From Mobula hypostoma (Eukaryota): a DNA stretch of 64,000 bases. The notes below the pieces were generated by a model. That model saw only the letters and a list, made by a program, of their open reading frames with translations. It was not told the origin of the DNA and did no database searches. The stretch's first letter is position 1; every line of letters starts with the position of its first letter. The stretch lies in assembly GCF_963921235.1 (NCBI RefSeq), contig NC_086097.1:211794001-211858000 (forward strand). Direction: 5' to 3'. Shown here piece by piece: positions 63,540 through 64,000 of the stretch. Both the position numbers and the translations under genes were made by a program.

Positions 63540-64000
63540 GCAGATTCTCTAAAACTCTGGTGGGCAGTTTAGAGAGAACCACAATACGAGATCCACGCAT
63601 CAGCATTCTTAGACATACTAACAGTTGGTCTTATCTCACTAAGAACTCTGAAAACATAGGGTTACCATGAGCTGGCTATCATTGCATGGTGATTTCACAG
63701 ACTTTTGACAATGTCGGGTCATTCCTGGTTTCCCTCTGTATTTCGGAATTTGTTACCAACAACTGGTCCACCAATGCAGTGTGGAACACTTCTGCTGGGT
63801 CTGAGTATGAAGACTTTCCTTCATCAGTTGTCAACAGTGAAATATATGACAAGCCATCAGTGTTGCTGTGTTGTTTGGTACCCTTGAATTCTATGTCATA
63901 AGAGTGCGATCCTAGGAACTGGCTAGCAGTCGTCACTGGGATTCCCTTCCTGGGATTGAAAATGGACACAATGGGCTGGTGACCTGTCACTAGTGTAAAC

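Larger units (their letters stand above)
61258..64000 (-). mobile_element. Gypsy/Ty3 LTR retrotransposon 3' part (RNase H end, integrase, PPT, 3' LTR probably split by the CR1)
   Basis: RNase H-end remnant at 63679-63990; integrase; purine tract GAAAGGGAAA followed within a few bases by TGTTTTG starting at 62333 (minus). The probable other LTR end is at 61258. Confidence 0.85.

Overview
Repeat-dominated vertebrate genomic DNA, most likely from an elasmobranch. This is inferred from the mix of HE1/V-SINE-like SINEs, CR1, Rex1/Babar and Penelope-like elements. I can support no host protein-coding gene, and every long ORF is transposon-derived and disrupted. Contents: many CR1 LINE copies (one nearly intact, 14627-18331), an L1-clade element (9225-18456), Rex1/Babar fragments, Penelope-like remnants, RTE-dependent non-autonomous elements and SINEs, Tc1/mariner, Tigger and hAT MITEs, probable solo LTRs and the 3' part of a Gypsy element. 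The main finding is a HERO-type restriction-like-endonuclease non-LTR retrotransposon (52664-57353) bounded by ~180-bp direct repeats. Each repeat contains all conserved hammerhead ribozyme core nucleotides in a rearranged, pseudoknotted (non-circularly permuted) order, which suggests ribozyme excision of a unit-length, possibly circular, RNA. A second theme is a set of short fold-back Penelope-end insertions with target-site duplications whose hairpin apex lies at a minimal hammerhead. Family names come from motif recognition, not database searches, and boundaries of old copies are approximate.
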